Of a stretch of 64,000 nt of DNA, positions 44,868 to 59,536 are shown piece after piece. A program made the position numbers and the translations under genes. Numbering within the stretch: position 1 is the first letter of the stretch; each line of letters begins with the position of its first letter. The notes under the pieces were generated by a model. The model made no database searches, was not told the origin of the DNA, and saw only the letters and a program-made list of their open reading frames with translations. This stretch comes from Aquificaceae bacterium. GTDB taxonomy: Bacteria > Aquificota > Aquificia > Aquificales > Aquificaceae. The DNA lies in NCBI GenBank assembly GCA_037925075.1, contig JAXSNR010000002.1:608001-672000 (forward strand), written 5' to 3'.

Positions 44868-46703
44868 ATGCGAGAGATTTTTATAACCGACGTTTCCCTC
44901 AGAGATGGTATTCAGTCCCTCCTTGCCACACGGGTAAGAACCGAAGATATGCTTGAGATAGTAGAAACCCTTGATAAGTGTGGTTTTTGGTCCCTTGAGG
45001 TTTGGGGTGGGGCAACCTTTGATGTATGCCTTAGGTATCTAAAAGAAGACCCATGGGATAGGTTGAGACTCTTCAAAGATAAAACACCAAACACCAAGCT
45101 TGAAATGCTTTTAAGGGGTCAGAATGTAGTAGGATACAGACACTATCCAGATGATGTGGTGGAAGAATTTGTCAAAAGGGCGTACGATAAGGGTATAGAG
45201 GTCTTTAGAATCTTTGACGCCCTAAACGACACGAGAAATATGAAAAAATCCATAGAAACCGCCAAGAAGGTGGGAGCCATCGTAAAGGGAGTGCTCTCTT
45301 ACGCCATAAGCCCTGTGCATACTGTGGAGTATTACGTCAATGTGGCAAGAGAGTTGGTAGATATGGGAATAGACATAATCTCCATAAAGGACCAGGCAGG
45401 GCTTCTTTCTCCAAAGGTAGCCTACGAGCTTGTGAAAGCCCTAAAGTCCGAGTTTCCCCAGTATCCCGTCCATCTTCACACGCAAACCACCGCAGACCTT
45501 GCGGAGATGGCACAGCTAAAGGGCATAGAAGCGGGAGCGGATATGATAGATACAGCCTTCTACAGCCTTTCTTGTCAGTCCTCCCATCCACCGGGAGAAA
45601 CCATGATATACGTGCTCAGAGAATTCGGCTACGAGGTCAAGGTGGATGAAAGGTTCTACCAAAAAGCTGGAGACCTCTTTGCAAGCATAAGGAAAAAGTA
45701 CAAAAAATACGACGTGCTTCCACCTTACCCAGATGTGGGAGTGCTTTTGCATCAAGTTCCCGGTGGTATGATTTCCAACTTCATAAGTCAGCTAAGAGAA
45801 CAGGGATTAGAAGAGAAGCTACCCGAGGTCCTTGAGGAAGTGGTAAGGGTGCGTCAGGACCTTGGATATCCACCCCTTGTAACACCCACAAGCCAGATAG
45901 TGGGCTCTCAGGCTTTCCTTAACGTGGTGCATGGCGAGAGGTACAAGGTAGTGACAAAGGAGACAAGGGATTATGTGAAAGGGCTATATGGCAGACCACC
46001 CGCACCCATCAGCCAAGAGCTTATAAAGAAGATCCTCGGGGAAGAGGAGCCCATATATCACATAAGACCTGCGGACTTGCTTGAACCTGAACTTCCAAAG
46101 ATAAGGGAAGAAGCCATAAAAGCAGGCGCGAAAAGTGAAGAGGATATACTCTCTTATGCCCTTTTCCCACTTGTTGCCAAAGAGTTTTTTGAATTTAGGG
46201 AAAAGGGAGAAAAGCTACCACCAGAGGAGCTTATTGAAGAGAAAAGGGAAAACATACCGGTGGAGTTTATAGTGACAGTCCATGGGGAGCAGTACCATGT
46301 CCAAATAGCCGGAAGGGGAGAACCTACCACAGAGGGAAGACCTTTCTTTGTCAGGCTTGATGGAAAGTTGGAAGAGGTCATACTCAGACCTCTTAGAGAG
46401 GTGGAAAACATACCATCACCTTACGGTGAGATAACCTCCGCGGTAGAGGTAAAACCAAAAAGACCCAGGCCTGTAGGTGTAGGAGATGTGACCTCCCCCA
46501 TCTCTGGCAAGGTGGTAAACGTGAAAGTAAATGTAGGACAAAAGGTTAAAGAGGGAGATGTGCTCTTTGTAGTGGAAGCCATGAAGATGGAAAATGAGGT
46601 CCATAGCCCTGTGGAAGGTGTTGTGGAAGAAGTACTCATCTCTGTGGGTGATGTGATAAACCCAGACGAGGTCGCCGTGAAAATAAAGCCACTAAAGATA
46701 TGA
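44868..46703 (+). CDS. pycB: Pyruvate carboxylase subunit B / OadA-type carboxyltransferase with biotinyl domain
   Basis: 'LRDGIQSLLATR', 'EVWGGATFD', 'MLLRGQN', 'HQVPGGM', 'VTPTSQIVG', biotin motif EAMKM. Confidence 0.88.
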   Translation: MREIFITDVSLRDGIQSLLATRVRTEDMLEIVETLDKCGFWSLEVWGGATFDVCLRYLKEDPWDRLRLFKDKTPNTKLEMLLRGQNVVGYRHYPDDVVEEFVKRAYDKGIEVFRIFDALNDTRNMKKSIETAKKVGAIVKGVLSYAISPVHTVEYYVNVARELVDMGIDIISIKDQAGLLSPKVAYELVKALKSEFPQYPVHLHTQTTADLAEMAQLKGIEAGADMIDTAFYSLSCQSSHPPGETMIYVLREFGYEVKVDERFYQKAGDLFASIRKKYKKYDVLPPYPDVGVLLHQVPGGMISNFISQLREQGLEEKLPEVLEEVVRVRQDLGYPPLVTPTSQIVGSQAFLNVVHGERYKVVTKETRDYVKGLYGRPPAPISQELIKKILGEEEPIYHIRPADLLEPELPKIREEAIKAGAKSEEDILSYALFPLVAKEFFEFREKGEKLPPEELIEEKRENIPVEFIVTVHGEQYHVQIAGRGEPTTEGRPFFVRLDGKLEEVILRPLREVENIPSPYGEITSAVEVKPKRPRPVGVGDVTSPISGKVVNVKVNVGQKVKEGDVLFVVEAMKMENEVHSPVEGVVEEVLISVGDVINPDEVAVKIKPLKI

Positions 46704-47367
46704 GCCTTAAGATACTTATTGTAGAGGATGATGGGGACCTTGCGGAGCTTATAGCCTACAACCTTAAAAAAGAAGGTTATCAACCACTGGTCTGTCTAAG
46801 AGGGGCACAGGCTATAAAACATCTTGAGGAGAACCAACCAGACCTCTTGCTTTTGGACGTTATGCTTCCCGATTACGACGGATTTAGAATAGCCCAGTAT
46901 GTGAAAAGTCAAGACATCCTCAGGGATATACCCATAATATTCATAACCGCTCGGGATATGGAACAGGATAAACTTAGGGGCTTTTCTCTTGGTGCGGATG
47001 ATTATATAACAAAACCCTTCTCACCAAGAGAGCTTGTAGCAAGAGTAAAGGCTGTACTGAGAAGAGCAGGAAAGGAAAAGAGACAAACCCATTTTAGACT
47101 GGGAGGCCTTTACATAGACTTGGAAAAAAAGGAGGTTAAAAGGGGTGAAGAGGTTATTGAACTTACACCTACAGAGTTTCTAATACTCTCCGCCTTGCTT
47201 GAAAATTATGGTAAGCCCGTGAGTAGAGATTACCTTATAGAAAGGGTACTAAAAAGGGATGTGTACGACAGAACGGTGGATGTGCATATAAAAAAGCTAA
47301 GGGAAAAACTGGGTGAAGAGGGGAAGGTAATTCAAACAGTAAGGGGCTTTGGATACAAGTTGGGGTC

Positions 47368-47371
<4 letters not shown>
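46700..47371 (+). CDS. OmpR/PhoB-family response regulator
   Basis: 'IVEDD', 'LDVMLP', 'GADDYITKPF', winged helix 'RTVDVHI..LR.KL', 'TVRGFGY'. Confidence 0.93.
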
Positions 47372-50068
<2,697 letters not shown>

Positions 50069-50803
50069 TTATAAAATAGGAATGTATCTCCTTACCTTTT
50101 CCACCTCTTCTAAGCTTACCTCCACCTGAAGAAGACTATCTCCCTTCTCCGAAAAGGCAAGTATTTCACCCCAAGGTCCGTATATGGCGGAACAACCCGC
50201 ATACTCTTCATCCCCAACCTCACCCCATGCATTAGAAAGCATAAGAAAACACTGATTTTCTATAGCCCGTGTCCTTGAGAGCACTCTTAAATGTTCTTTT
50301 CTTTTGTTGCCCCACATGGCGGGAACAATAAGAATCTGTGCGTTTCTTAAACTCCATGAAAGCTCTGGAAATCTCAGCTCAAAACATATAAGAAGACCAA
50401 CCTTTGCTTGGGATGTTTCAAAGACTGGGTTTTTAGTGCCCGGCAGAAAATACCTTGGCTCTTCGTAGAGAGGGAAGAGTTTTATCTTATGCCTTTTGCC
50501 CACCACACTACCCCTATCTACCACTACCGCGGAATTGTGTATACCCTTATCACCCTTTATAGGGTAGGTACCTACAATGGTTAAGTTCTTGTCTTTGGAT
50601 ATCTTTATAACTTCTTTTAAGACATCCTCTGTGGCTTGTGCGTGCCTTTCCATGTTTTCGTAGTCAAAGCCACACTGCCACATTTCTGGCAATGCCACTA
50701 TAGAACCTTCTCTAACATGGGAAAGCATTTCCATAACCTTCTTTAGATTTTCTTCAACCTTTCCAAAAAGGGGCTTGAACTGTATAACCGCAAGGTTAAG
50801 CAT
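50069..50803 (-). CDS. Carbon-nitrogen hydrolase (nitrilase superfamily)
   Basis: Glu-Lys-Cys triad: 'LPE', 'HK.KLF', 'ICFELRFPE'. Also 'RAIENQ'. Confidence 0.9.
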   Translation of the reverse strand: MLNLAVIQFKPLFGKVEENLKKVMEMLSHVREGSIVALPEMWQCGFDYENMERHAQATEDVLKEVIKISKDKNLTIVGTYPIKGDKGIHNSAVVVDRGSVVGKRHKIKLFPLYEEPRYFLPGTKNPVFETSQAKVGLLICFELRFPELSWSLRNAQILIVPAMWGNKRKEHLRVLSRTRAIENQCFLMLSNAWGEVGDEEYAGCSAIYGPWGEILAFSEKGDSLLQVEVSLEEVEKVRRYIPIL

Positions 50804-50829
50804 AGATTTATGTTAACATTTTTAGAACC

Positions 50830-52887
50830 ATGGAAAGGTTTTTCCCTTTCCTTAGATGGCTGAGGGGTTACGACAGAAAGACCTTTACCTCTGACTTTCT
50901 TGCGGGGCTTACCGTTGCGGTGGTTTTAGTCCCACAATCTATGGCTTACGCTTTGATAGCCGGTCTTCCACCGGTCTATGGCTTATATGCTGCTTCCATC
51001 CCTGTGATAATCGCAGCCCTTTTTGGAAGCTCTCCTCAGCTTGCCACAGGTCCTGTTGCCATAGTATCCTTTCTGACCTTTGTATCTCTTACAAGCTACG
51101 CCAGGCCGGGAGAGGAAAAATTTATAGAGCTTGCCATACTTATGGCTTTTCTTGTGGGCATTATACAGCTCTTAATAGGTGTCTTTAGGCTTGGTTTTTT
51201 GATAAACTTCGTTTCACATTCTGTGATAATAGGCTTTACCAACGCAGCGGCAATTATAATAATCACCACCCAGATACCCGCAGTTTTGGGTATAAAGGTA
51301 GAACAAAAGGAACTCATATTCCAAAACATCTACGAAATAGTAAAAGCCATACACCAAACAAATCTTTACACCCTTGCAGTGGGCTTGGTTTCCATAGCCT
51401 TGATAGTTGGACTAAGAAAGATAAACAGGAACTTTCCATCCGCCTTGCTTACCGTAGCACTTTTTACTGGTCTTTCTTACCTTCTTAGCTTTGAAAGCTA
51501 TGGCATTAAGGTGGTCGGAAGCATACCCCAGGGGCTTCCATTTCCATCTTTGCCTTCTGTGGACTGGGACCTTCTTGACAGACTGCTGGGCAAAGCCTTC
51601 ATCATCGCCTTAGTGGGCTTTATGGAAGCCTACGCCATAGCCAAGTTTATAGCAAGCCAAACAAAGCAAAAAATAGACGTAAACCAAGAGCTTATAGGTC
51701 AAGGGCTTGCCAACCTTGTGGGTTCCTTCTTTAGGGGCTATCCCGTCAGTGGTTCCTTTTCTCGTTCTGCGGTGAATTTTCAAGCGGGAGCAAAAACTGG
51801 CATGTCAAACATAGTAAGTGCCTGTTTTGTGCTAGCCACCATATTTTTCGTTGCACCGGTGCTTTACTACCTTCCAAGGGCTGTGCTTTCTGCGGTGGTT
51901 ATAACCGCGGTTTTAAGCCTGATAAAACCTTACTATTTTGTACATCTTTGGAAAACTAACAGGTACGACGGAATATCAGCCATAACAACCTTTGCCCTAT
52001 CTTTTATAATGAAGCCAGACTATGCCATCTTCATAGGCATGTTCTTGTCCCTTTCCCTCTTTCTTTGGAGGAGCCTCCATCCAAGGATTGTAAGAATGTC
52101 CAGAGACCCTGTTAGTAAAACCTTTGTGAACGCGGAGAGCAACAACCTTCCCACCTGTCCACAGATGGAAATGGTAAGACCTGAGGCATCCTTCTACTAC
52201 GCCAACACGGAGAACATCCTTGAGGAAATAAAGGCTATACTAGACCAAAAGCCAGCTTTAAAACACCTGGTGATAGACTGTGAGTCTGTGAACTACATGG
52301 ATGGTACAGCCCTTGATGCCCTCACCGATTTTCTTGAAGATATAAAAAAGAGGGGTGTTAATCTTGTACTTGTCAACGCAAAAGCTCCCGTTAAAGATTC
52401 CATGAGAAGATCGGGCTTTCTTGAAAAACTGGGTGAAGAAAACCTTCTACCTTCCAAAGGCCATGCGGTTGGAGAGCTTTTCAAGACTATAGACCATGAA
52501 TACTGTAAAAAGGTTTGCCCTTATGCGGTCTTTGAGGAATGCTATACGGTAAAGGAATACGTGAAGTTTGAGCCCGCAGAGAATCCCATTAGGGAAATAT
52601 ACGAAAGATTTTCTCTTTATGAAGATATGGATGTATACGCAGGAAGAGCATACAAGAACCTTATCCTTAGGTCAAAAGGCAAGGAGATAGACCTTAAGGC
52701 TGAGGACTTTTACACAGATGGAAAGGATCTTTATGTGCCTGCCACAAAGCTTATAAGTCTTAACGGTGAATTGGTTTCTTTTGGTGGGTTGTGTAGTAAA
52801 AAGGAATGTGAGATGAAAAACGGTTTTGTTTATCTTGGAAGTAATCCTGAGCAGGTGGTGGAAAAACTCTTGAACATCCTAAAATAA
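50830..52887 (+). CDS. SulP/SLC26 anion transporter with STAS domain and extra C-terminal region
   Basis: 'PQSMAYA', 'GLY', 'NQELIGQG', 'GSFSRSAVN', STAS 'D.ESVNYMD.TA'. Confidence 0.93.
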   Translation: MERFFPFLRWLRGYDRKTFTSDFLAGLTVAVVLVPQSMAYALIAGLPPVYGLYAASIPVIIAALFGSSPQLATGPVAIVSFLTFVSLTSYARPGEEKFIELAILMAFLVGIIQLLIGVFRLGFLINFVSHSVIIGFTNAAAIIIITTQIPAVLGIKVEQKELIFQNIYEIVKAIHQTNLYTLAVGLVSIALIVGLRKINRNFPSALLTVALFTGLSYLLSFESYGIKVVGSIPQGLPFPSLPSVDWDLLDRLLGKAFIIALVGFMEAYAIAKFIASQTKQKIDVNQELIGQGLANLVGSFFRGYPVSGSFSRSAVNFQAGAKTGMSNIVSACFVLATIFFVAPVLYYLPRAVLSAVVITAVLSLIKPYYFVHLWKTNRYDGISAITTFALSFIMKPDYAIFIGMFLSLSLFLWRSLHPRIVRMSRDPVSKTFVNAESNNLPTCPQMEMVRPEASFYYANTENILEEIKAILDQKPALKHLVIDCESVNYMDGTALDALTDFLEDIKKRGVNLVLVNAKAPVKDSMRRSGFLEKLGEENLLPSKGHAVGELFKTIDHEYCKKVCPYAVFEECYTVKEYVKFEPAENPIREIYERFSLYEDMDVYAGRAYKNLILRSKGKEIDLKAEDFYTDGKDLYVPATKLISLNGELVSFGGLCSKKECEMKNGFVYLGSNPEQVVEKLLNILK

Positions 52888-52912
52888 AAAGCCCCCTTGC
52901 GGGGGCGCTTTT

Positions 52913-52914
<2 letters not shown>
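52886..52914. terminator. Bidirectional intrinsic terminator between sulP and groL
   Basis: AAAAA-GCCCCC-TTGC-GGGGGC-GC-TTTTTT. Confidence 0.8.
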
Positions 52915-54574
<1,660 letters not shown>

Positions 54575-54868
54575 TTATTCGACTATTGCAAGCACTTCGT
54601 CTTCTGACATAATAAGGAACTTTTCTCCATCAAGCTCCACCTCGGTGCCCGCATACTTGTTAAAGACCACCTTGTCTCCGGGCTTTACCTTAGGTGGAAC
54701 CTGCTGGCCGTTTTGTAGGAGCTTTCCTTCTCCCACCGCCACCACTTCTCCCATTTGGGGCTTTTCTTTGGCGGTGTCTGGTATAATGATGCCAGAGGCT
54801 GTTCTTTGTTCTTGCTCTTCAAACCTTTTGACCACAATCTTGTCATAAAGGGGCCTGAGCTTTGCCAT
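54575..54868 (-). CDS. groS: Co-chaperonin GroES
   Basis: '[10 protein letters not shown]', '[13 protein letters not shown]', 'KYAGTE'. Confidence 0.98.
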   Translation of the reverse strand: MAKLRPLYDKIVVKRFEEQEQRTASGIIIPDTAKEKPQMGEVVAVGEGKLLQNGQQVPPKVKPGDKVVFNKYAGTEVELDGEKFLIMSEDEVLAIVE

Positions 54869-54905
54869 GTTTCACCTCCTTCTAAGGAATTTTTACAGAC
54901 AGAAT

Positions 54906-54934
54906 ATTATATTAACATCGGGAGTGTTTGTCAA
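54906..54934 (-). promoter_or_regulatory. Consensus sigma70 promoter of groESL
   Basis: Minus strand TTGACA (54934-54929), 17 nt, TATAAT (54911-54906). Confidence 0.85.
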
Positions 54935-55042
54935 GAGTCTTTTTGAAACATTTTTAGTATAACATACTGAGATTTATTTAGTAGCATTAGTTAATAAAAG
55001 TGGGTTGCAGGCTGTCCGCCGTATGGACTATCATATATAAGC

Positions 55043-55855
55043 ATGTTGAGGCTTTTATCTCCCGCAAAGCTTAACCTTGGCCTATGGCTTCTTGGGAAAA
55101 GACCTGATGGGTACCATGAGATCTTTACCTTATATCAGGCTATAAACCTTTTTGATGAGGTATCTATTGAAGAAGGAAACCTAAACGTTCAGACTAGTAC
55201 GGGCATACCCATGGAAGAAAACCTCGTTTATAAAGCCCTCAAAGCAATGGAGAAGCTTCTTGGAAGAGAGCTTAACTTTAAGATCTTTATTCAGAAGAAC
55301 ATACCGGAAGGCGGAGGGCTTGGAGGTGGGTCTTCAAACGTGGCAACGGTTTTAAAGGCTATAAACCAATTGCTTGACATTCCGCTCAGTGAAGAAGACT
55401 TACAGAACATAGCAAGTAAAGTATCCTCCGACGCACCCTTTTTCCTTATGGGAAGCTCGGCCATAGGGAGGGGTAGGGGTGAAATACTCCAGAGGGTTGA
55501 ACTGCCTAAGATGGTCTTTACTCTAATACATCCGGGTGTTAAGGCTTCAACCGCATATGTTTACCGCATGGTAAGGAAGGAGATGTTGACAGATAAAATA
55601 GAGAGTGATAAAATAATAGATTGCCTGAGGGCTGGAGACTTTAGCGTGCTCCAGAACAGGCTGGGTGAGCTGGCTGGAGAGCTTTACCCAGAGGTGGGTG
55701 AGGTGCTCAGGTTTTTGAGAGATCTGGGCAAGTTAGCCCTTGTAAGTGGTAGTGGCTCCAGCGTCTTTTATGTGGGCGAGCCCACCCAAGAGGTGACGCT
55801 TGCTTGCAAGACAAGAGGCTGGAGGCTTTACAGAGTGGAAAGTTATGGGGTGTAG
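55043..55855 (+). CDS. ispE: 4-diphosphocytidyl-2-C-methyl-D-erythritol kinase
   Basis: 'PAKLNL', 'DGYHEI', 'KNIPEGGGLGGGSSN', 'SGSGS'. Confidence 0.95.
   Translation: MLRLLSPAKLNLGLWLLGKRPDGYHEIFTLYQAINLFDEVSIEEGNLNVQTSTGIPMEENLVYKALKAMEKLLGRELNFKIFIQKNIPEGGGLGGGSSNVATVLKAINQLLDIPLSEEDLQNIASKVSSDAPFFLMGSSAIGRGRGEILQRVELPKMVFTLIHPGVKASTAYVYRMVRKEMLTDKIESDKIIDCLRAGDFSVLQNRLGELAGELYPEVGEVLRFLRDLGKLALVSGSGSSVFYVGEPTQEVTLACKTRGWRLYRVESYGV
55586..55614 (+). promoter_or_regulatory. Internal sigma70 promoter within ispE
   Basis: TTGACA (55586-55591), 17 nt, TGn-TAAAAT (55609-55614). Confidence 0.7.
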
Positions 55856-55918
55856 CTCAACTGGCAGAGCACCGGACTTTGGATCCGGGGGCTCCTGGTT
55901 CGAATCCAGGCACCCCAG
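55846..55918 (+). tRNA. tRNA-Gln(TTG)
   Basis: TGGGGTG/CACCCCA acceptor (U1-A72), anticodon arm CCGGA-CTTTGGA-TCCGG, GGTTCGAATCC. CCA not encoded. Overlaps the ispE stop codon. Confidence 0.96.
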
Positions 55919-55945
55919 CTTTTCACACATTAAAAGAGGTGCGAG

Positions 55946-56881
55946 ATGTTTGGCTCCATAAAACTCTTGACAGGTACAAGCAACCCAAAGCTGGCACAAG
56001 AGGTTTCTGAATACCTTGGCATACCCCTCTCTGATGTGGTGGTGGGGCGATTCAGCGATGGAGAGGTAAGGGTAAAAATAAACGAATCCATGAGAGGGGA
56101 GGATGTGTTTGTAATACAGTCTCTTGGATATCCAGTGAACGAGAGTATAATGGAACTTCTACTTATGCTTGATGCTCTCAAAAGGGCTTCCGCAGGAAGG
56201 ATAACCGCAGTAATTCCCTACTACGCTTACGCGAGGCAGGACAGAAAGGACAAGCCAAGGGTTCCCATAAGTGCTAGGCTTTTAGCAGACCTTATAACAG
56301 TTGCGGGGGCTCAGAGACTCATAATAGTGGACCTACACTCTCCCCAGATTCAGGGCTTTTTTAACATACCTGTGGATAACCTGTACGCCCTAAACGTGCT
56401 TTATGAATACATAAAGAGTAGAGTAGATGAGGATGTAGTGGTGGTTTCGCCAGATGCAGGTGGAGTAGAAAGGGCAAGGCTCCTTGCCAACAAATTGGGC
56501 TGTGGTATTGCCATCATATACAAAAGAAGGCCAGAGCCAAACGTGGCGGAGGTGCTTGACATAATAGGTGATGTAAAAGGCAAAAAGGCCATAATAGTGG
56601 ATGACATCATAGATACCGCAGGTACAGTGGTTGCTGCAACCAACATGTTAATCTCAAAGGGTGCAAAAGGTGTTTTGGTGGCGGCAACCCATGGCATCTT
56701 TTCAGGTCCAGCAATAGACAGGCTTAGAGAGTCACCTGTGGAAGAAGTTATAGTGACCAACAGCCTTAACATGGAAGGTAAGCCTCTTGAAAAGCTCAAG
56801 GTAGTTTCTGTGGCTCCACTTATAGCGGAAGCCATAAAGCGCGCCCATGAAGGTGAATCTATAAGCTCACTTTTTGTATAA
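55946..56881 (+). CDS. prs: Ribose-phosphate pyrophosphokinase
   Basis: 'FSDGE', 'YARQDRK', 'DLHSPQIQGFF', 'SPDAGG', 'DDIIDTAGT'. Confidence 0.98.
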   Translation: MFGSIKLLTGTSNPKLAQEVSEYLGIPLSDVVVGRFSDGEVRVKINESMRGEDVFVIQSLGYPVNESIMELLLMLDALKRASAGRITAVIPYYAYARQDRKDKPRVPISARLLADLITVAGAQRLIIVDLHSPQIQGFFNIPVDNLYALNVLYEYIKSRVDEDVVVVSPDAGGVERARLLANKLGCGIAIIYKRRPEPNVAEVLDIIGDVKGKKAIIVDDIIDTAGTVVAATNMLISKGAKGVLVAATHGIFSGPAIDRLRESPVEEVIVTNSLNMEGKPLEKLKVVSVAPLIAEAIKRAHEGESISSLFV

Positions 56882-56892
56882 AGGAGGTAAGT

Positions 56893-57462
56893 ATGAAAAG
56901 GGTTAGCGTAAAGTTAGTACCTAGGATCATAGGCAAAAAGAGCGAAATAAAGAAGTTCAGAAGGGAAGGCTACGTGCCGGTAGAGGTCTACGGCAAAGAT
57001 GTGGAAAATATGCACGCCTACATAAGCACAAAAGACCTGAAAGCCTTCCCAAAGGGTGAAACCTTCCTCATTGAAGCGGAGATAGATGGAGAAAGAAGGC
57101 TCTGTATTCTCAAAGAAATTCAGACAGGTTGGCTTGGGGATAACCCCATACATGTAGATTTCAATGACATAACCCACGTGAGGGAGCTTGAGTTAGAAGT
57201 GCCTATTGAATTTGTGGGTGTGCCCGCAGGCGTGGGTCTGGGTGGAACCTTTGAACCTCTTATGCATAGCCTTACTGTCAAGGCAAGTGTAGACAAATTG
57301 CCTGATAAGATAACCGTTGATGTAAGCAACTTAGGACTTGGGGATGCCCTTCACGTGAGAGACATTGCCCCACCAGAGGGTTGCATAATAATGGACTCTC
57401 CAGAGGAAACTGTAGCGGTTGTGCTTGAGCCTGAAACGGAGGAAACTACACCCACTGAATGA
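56893..57462 (+). CDS. rplY: 50S ribosomal protein L25/Ctc (long form)
   Basis: 'R.EG.VP..VYG', 'HVDF', 'VPIEFVG...GV..GG'. Between prs and pth. Confidence 0.93.
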   Translation: MKRVSVKLVPRIIGKKSEIKKFRREGYVPVEVYGKDVENMHAYISTKDLKAFPKGETFLIEAEIDGERRLCILKEIQTGWLGDNPIHVDFNDITHVRELELEVPIEFVGVPAGVGLGGTFEPLMHSLTVKASVDKLPDKITVDVSNLGLGDALHVRDIAPPEGCIIMDSPEETVAVVLEPETEETTPTE

Positions 57463-58028
57463 TAAGGCTTCTTGTAGGTCTTGGTAATCCGGGTAAAAAG
57501 TACGCAAAGACACGCCATAATGTGGGCTTTATGGTTGTGGATGAGTTTCTCAGAAAATTGAGAGTTCAGGACTACTCGGAGGAATGCCTTTCCCATCTCT
57601 ACAGGTTAAAGATTGAGGGAAGGGAGGTGCTCGTGGCAAAGCCACAAACCTACATGAACAACTCAGGGCTTGCGGTTGTTAACCTTCTTGAAGAATACCA
57701 CATAAGTCCGGAGGAGATTTTGGTTATTTACGATGACTTGGACCTTCCCCTTGGGAGGCTACGGCTAAGAGCGGAAGGAAGTAGTGGAGGCCATCATGGT
57801 ATGGAATCAATAATAAGGGAGATAAAGACGGAAAAGTTTCCAAGGCTAAGGGTGGGCATAGGCAGGCCAAGGGATAAGGACAAGGTTGTGGATTACGTGC
57901 TTTCTCCATTTAATGAAGAGGAAGGTCCGGTGCTTGCAAAGGTGCTAAAAAGGGCAAGCGAGTGCCTGTTGAGATGCATAGAGTATGGCATAGAAGAAAG
58001 TATGAACTTTTGCAACGCTCCTGTGTAA
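57459..58028 (+). CDS. pth: Peptidyl-tRNA hydrolase
   Basis: 'GLGNPG..Y..TRHNVGF', 'KPQTYMN.SG', 'YDDLDLP', 'GGHHG'. Confidence 0.97.
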   Translation: MIRLLVGLGNPGKKYAKTRHNVGFMVVDEFLRKLRVQDYSEECLSHLYRLKIEGREVLVAKPQTYMNNSGLAVVNLLEEYHISPEEILVIYDDLDLPLGRLRLRAEGSSGGHHGMESIIREIKTEKFPRLRVGIGRPRDKDKVVDYVLSPFNEEEGPVLAKVLKRASECLLRCIEYGIEESMNFCNAPV

Positions 58029-58049
58029 AATAAAAAAGGAGGTGCAAAG

Positions 58050-58574
58050 ATGAATTTGAAAAACATTCCTCCCGGTAAAAACCCACCAGAGGACATTTAC
58101 GTAGTTGTTGAAATACCCCAAGACAGCCCCATAAAGTACGAGCTTGACAAGGAAAGCGGTGCGGTCTTTGTGGATAGGTTCCTTTTTACCGCCATGCACT
58201 ACCCTTTTAACTACGGCTTTATACCCCAGACCCTTGCGGACGATGGAGACCCGGTGGATGTGTTGGTGATATCGCGCTATCCTGTGGTGCCCGGTAGCGT
58301 AATGAGGTGCAGACCCATAGGTGCATTGCAGATGAGGGACGAAGAAGGTGTAGATACAAAGCTTTTGGCGGTACCACACAGCAAGTTAGACCCTACTTAT
58401 GATCCCATAAAGTCCTTTGAAGACCTACCAGAAATAACCCTAAACAGGATAAAGCACTTCTTTGAACACTACAAGGAGCTTGAACCCGGCAAATGGGTAA
58501 AAGTGGAAGACTTTAAGGGTTTAGACTTTGCTTATGAGGAGATAAGGAAGGGCATTGAAAACTACAAGAAGTGA
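58050..58574 (+). CDS. ppa: Inorganic pyrophosphatase (family I)
   Basis: 'KYELDK', '[18 protein letters not shown]', 'FFEHYKELE'. Confidence 0.97.
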   Translation: MNLKNIPPGKNPPEDIYVVVEIPQDSPIKYELDKESGAVFVDRFLFTAMHYPFNYGFIPQTLADDGDPVDVLVISRYPVVPGSVMRCRPIGALQMRDEEGVDTKLLAVPHSKLDPTYDPIKSFEDLPEITLNRIKHFFEHYKELEPGKWVKVEDFKGLDFAYEEIRKGIENYKK

Positions 58575-59536
58575 TGGATGATATCCTAAAAAAGGCAAGA
58601 AGGGTCTTTGAAATAGAGATAGAGGCTCTAAAAAAGCTTAGAGATAACCTTGATGAGAACTTTGTAAGGGCTATAGAGCTGATACTTAACTGTAAAGGCA
58701 AGGTTATTACCACTGGCGTTGGTAAATCTGGACATATAGCAAGAAAAGTGGCATCAACCCTTTCCAGCACTGGCACACCTGCTCACTTTTTACATCCCGC
58801 GGAAGCCCTACACGGAGACCTTGGAGTTATAGACTCTGGAGATGTGGTGCTTGCCCTTTCAAACAGCGGTGAATCTCCAGAGGTAAATTCCATCATACCT
58901 TATATAAAGCTTCTAGGAGTACCCCTCATATCCATAACAAACAATCCAAACTCCACCTTAGCAAAGCATTCCGATGTGCATATATTCCTTTCTGTGGAAA
59001 AAGAAGCATGCCCTTTACAGCTTGCACCTACGAGCTCTTCCACCGCATCCCTTGTGCTTGGAGACGCCCTTGCCATGGTTTTATTGGAGCTAAAGGGCTT
59101 TACTGAAAAAGACTTTGCTCTTAGACATCCGGCGGGGTCTCTCGGAAGAAAACTTAGGCAGGTGGCAGACTTGTGTCATATAGGTGAAGAGGTACCCGTG
59201 GTGAGAGAAGACACTCCCATGAAGGAAGCCATAATTGAGATGACCAGCAAGGGCTTTGGTGCTACCGCGGTGGTGGACAAAAACAATAAACTTGTGGGCA
59301 TAATAACCGATGGCGACCTGAGGAGGTTTGTAAACAAAGGTGGAAACTTTGATACAAGCTATGCCAGAGATGTGATGACCTCAAACCCAAAGACCGCACG
59401 CATGGAGGAGCTTGCCGCTGAGGCACTCAGAAGAATGGAAGAGTATAAGATAACAGTCCTTATAGTGGTAGATGAGAACAAAACTCCTGTGGGTATAATA
59501 CACATGCACGATATACTCAAGGCGGGCATAATATGA
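58571..59536 (+). CDS. kdsD: Arabinose-5-phosphate isomerase (KpsF/GutQ: SIS + 2 CBS)
   Basis: 'GVGKSGHI', 'HPAEA.HGDLG', 'EACPL.LAPTSS', 'HPAGSLG', '[10 protein letters not shown]'. Confidence 0.94.
   Translation: MMDDILKKARRVFEIEIEALKKLRDNLDENFVRAIELILNCKGKVITTGVGKSGHIARKVASTLSSTGTPAHFLHPAEALHGDLGVIDSGDVVLALSNSGESPEVNSIIPYIKLLGVPLISITNNPNSTLAKHSDVHIFLSVEKEACPLQLAPTSSSTASLVLGDALAMVLLELKGFTEKDFALRHPAGSLGRKLRQVADLCHIGEEVPVVREDTPMKEAIIEMTSKGFGATAVVDKNNKLVGIITDGDLRRFVNKGGNFDTSYARDVMTSNPKTARMEELAAEALRRMEEYKITVLIVVDENKTPVGIIHMHDILKAGII

Noticed and set aside
44868..46703. Possible 2-oxoglutarate carboxylase large subunit (cfiA) of the rTCA cycle
   Set aside because: The RDGIQSLLATR motif and the lack of an N-terminal extension fit the pyruvate-specific PycB/OadA type better. 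A phylogeny would be needed to exclude it fully.
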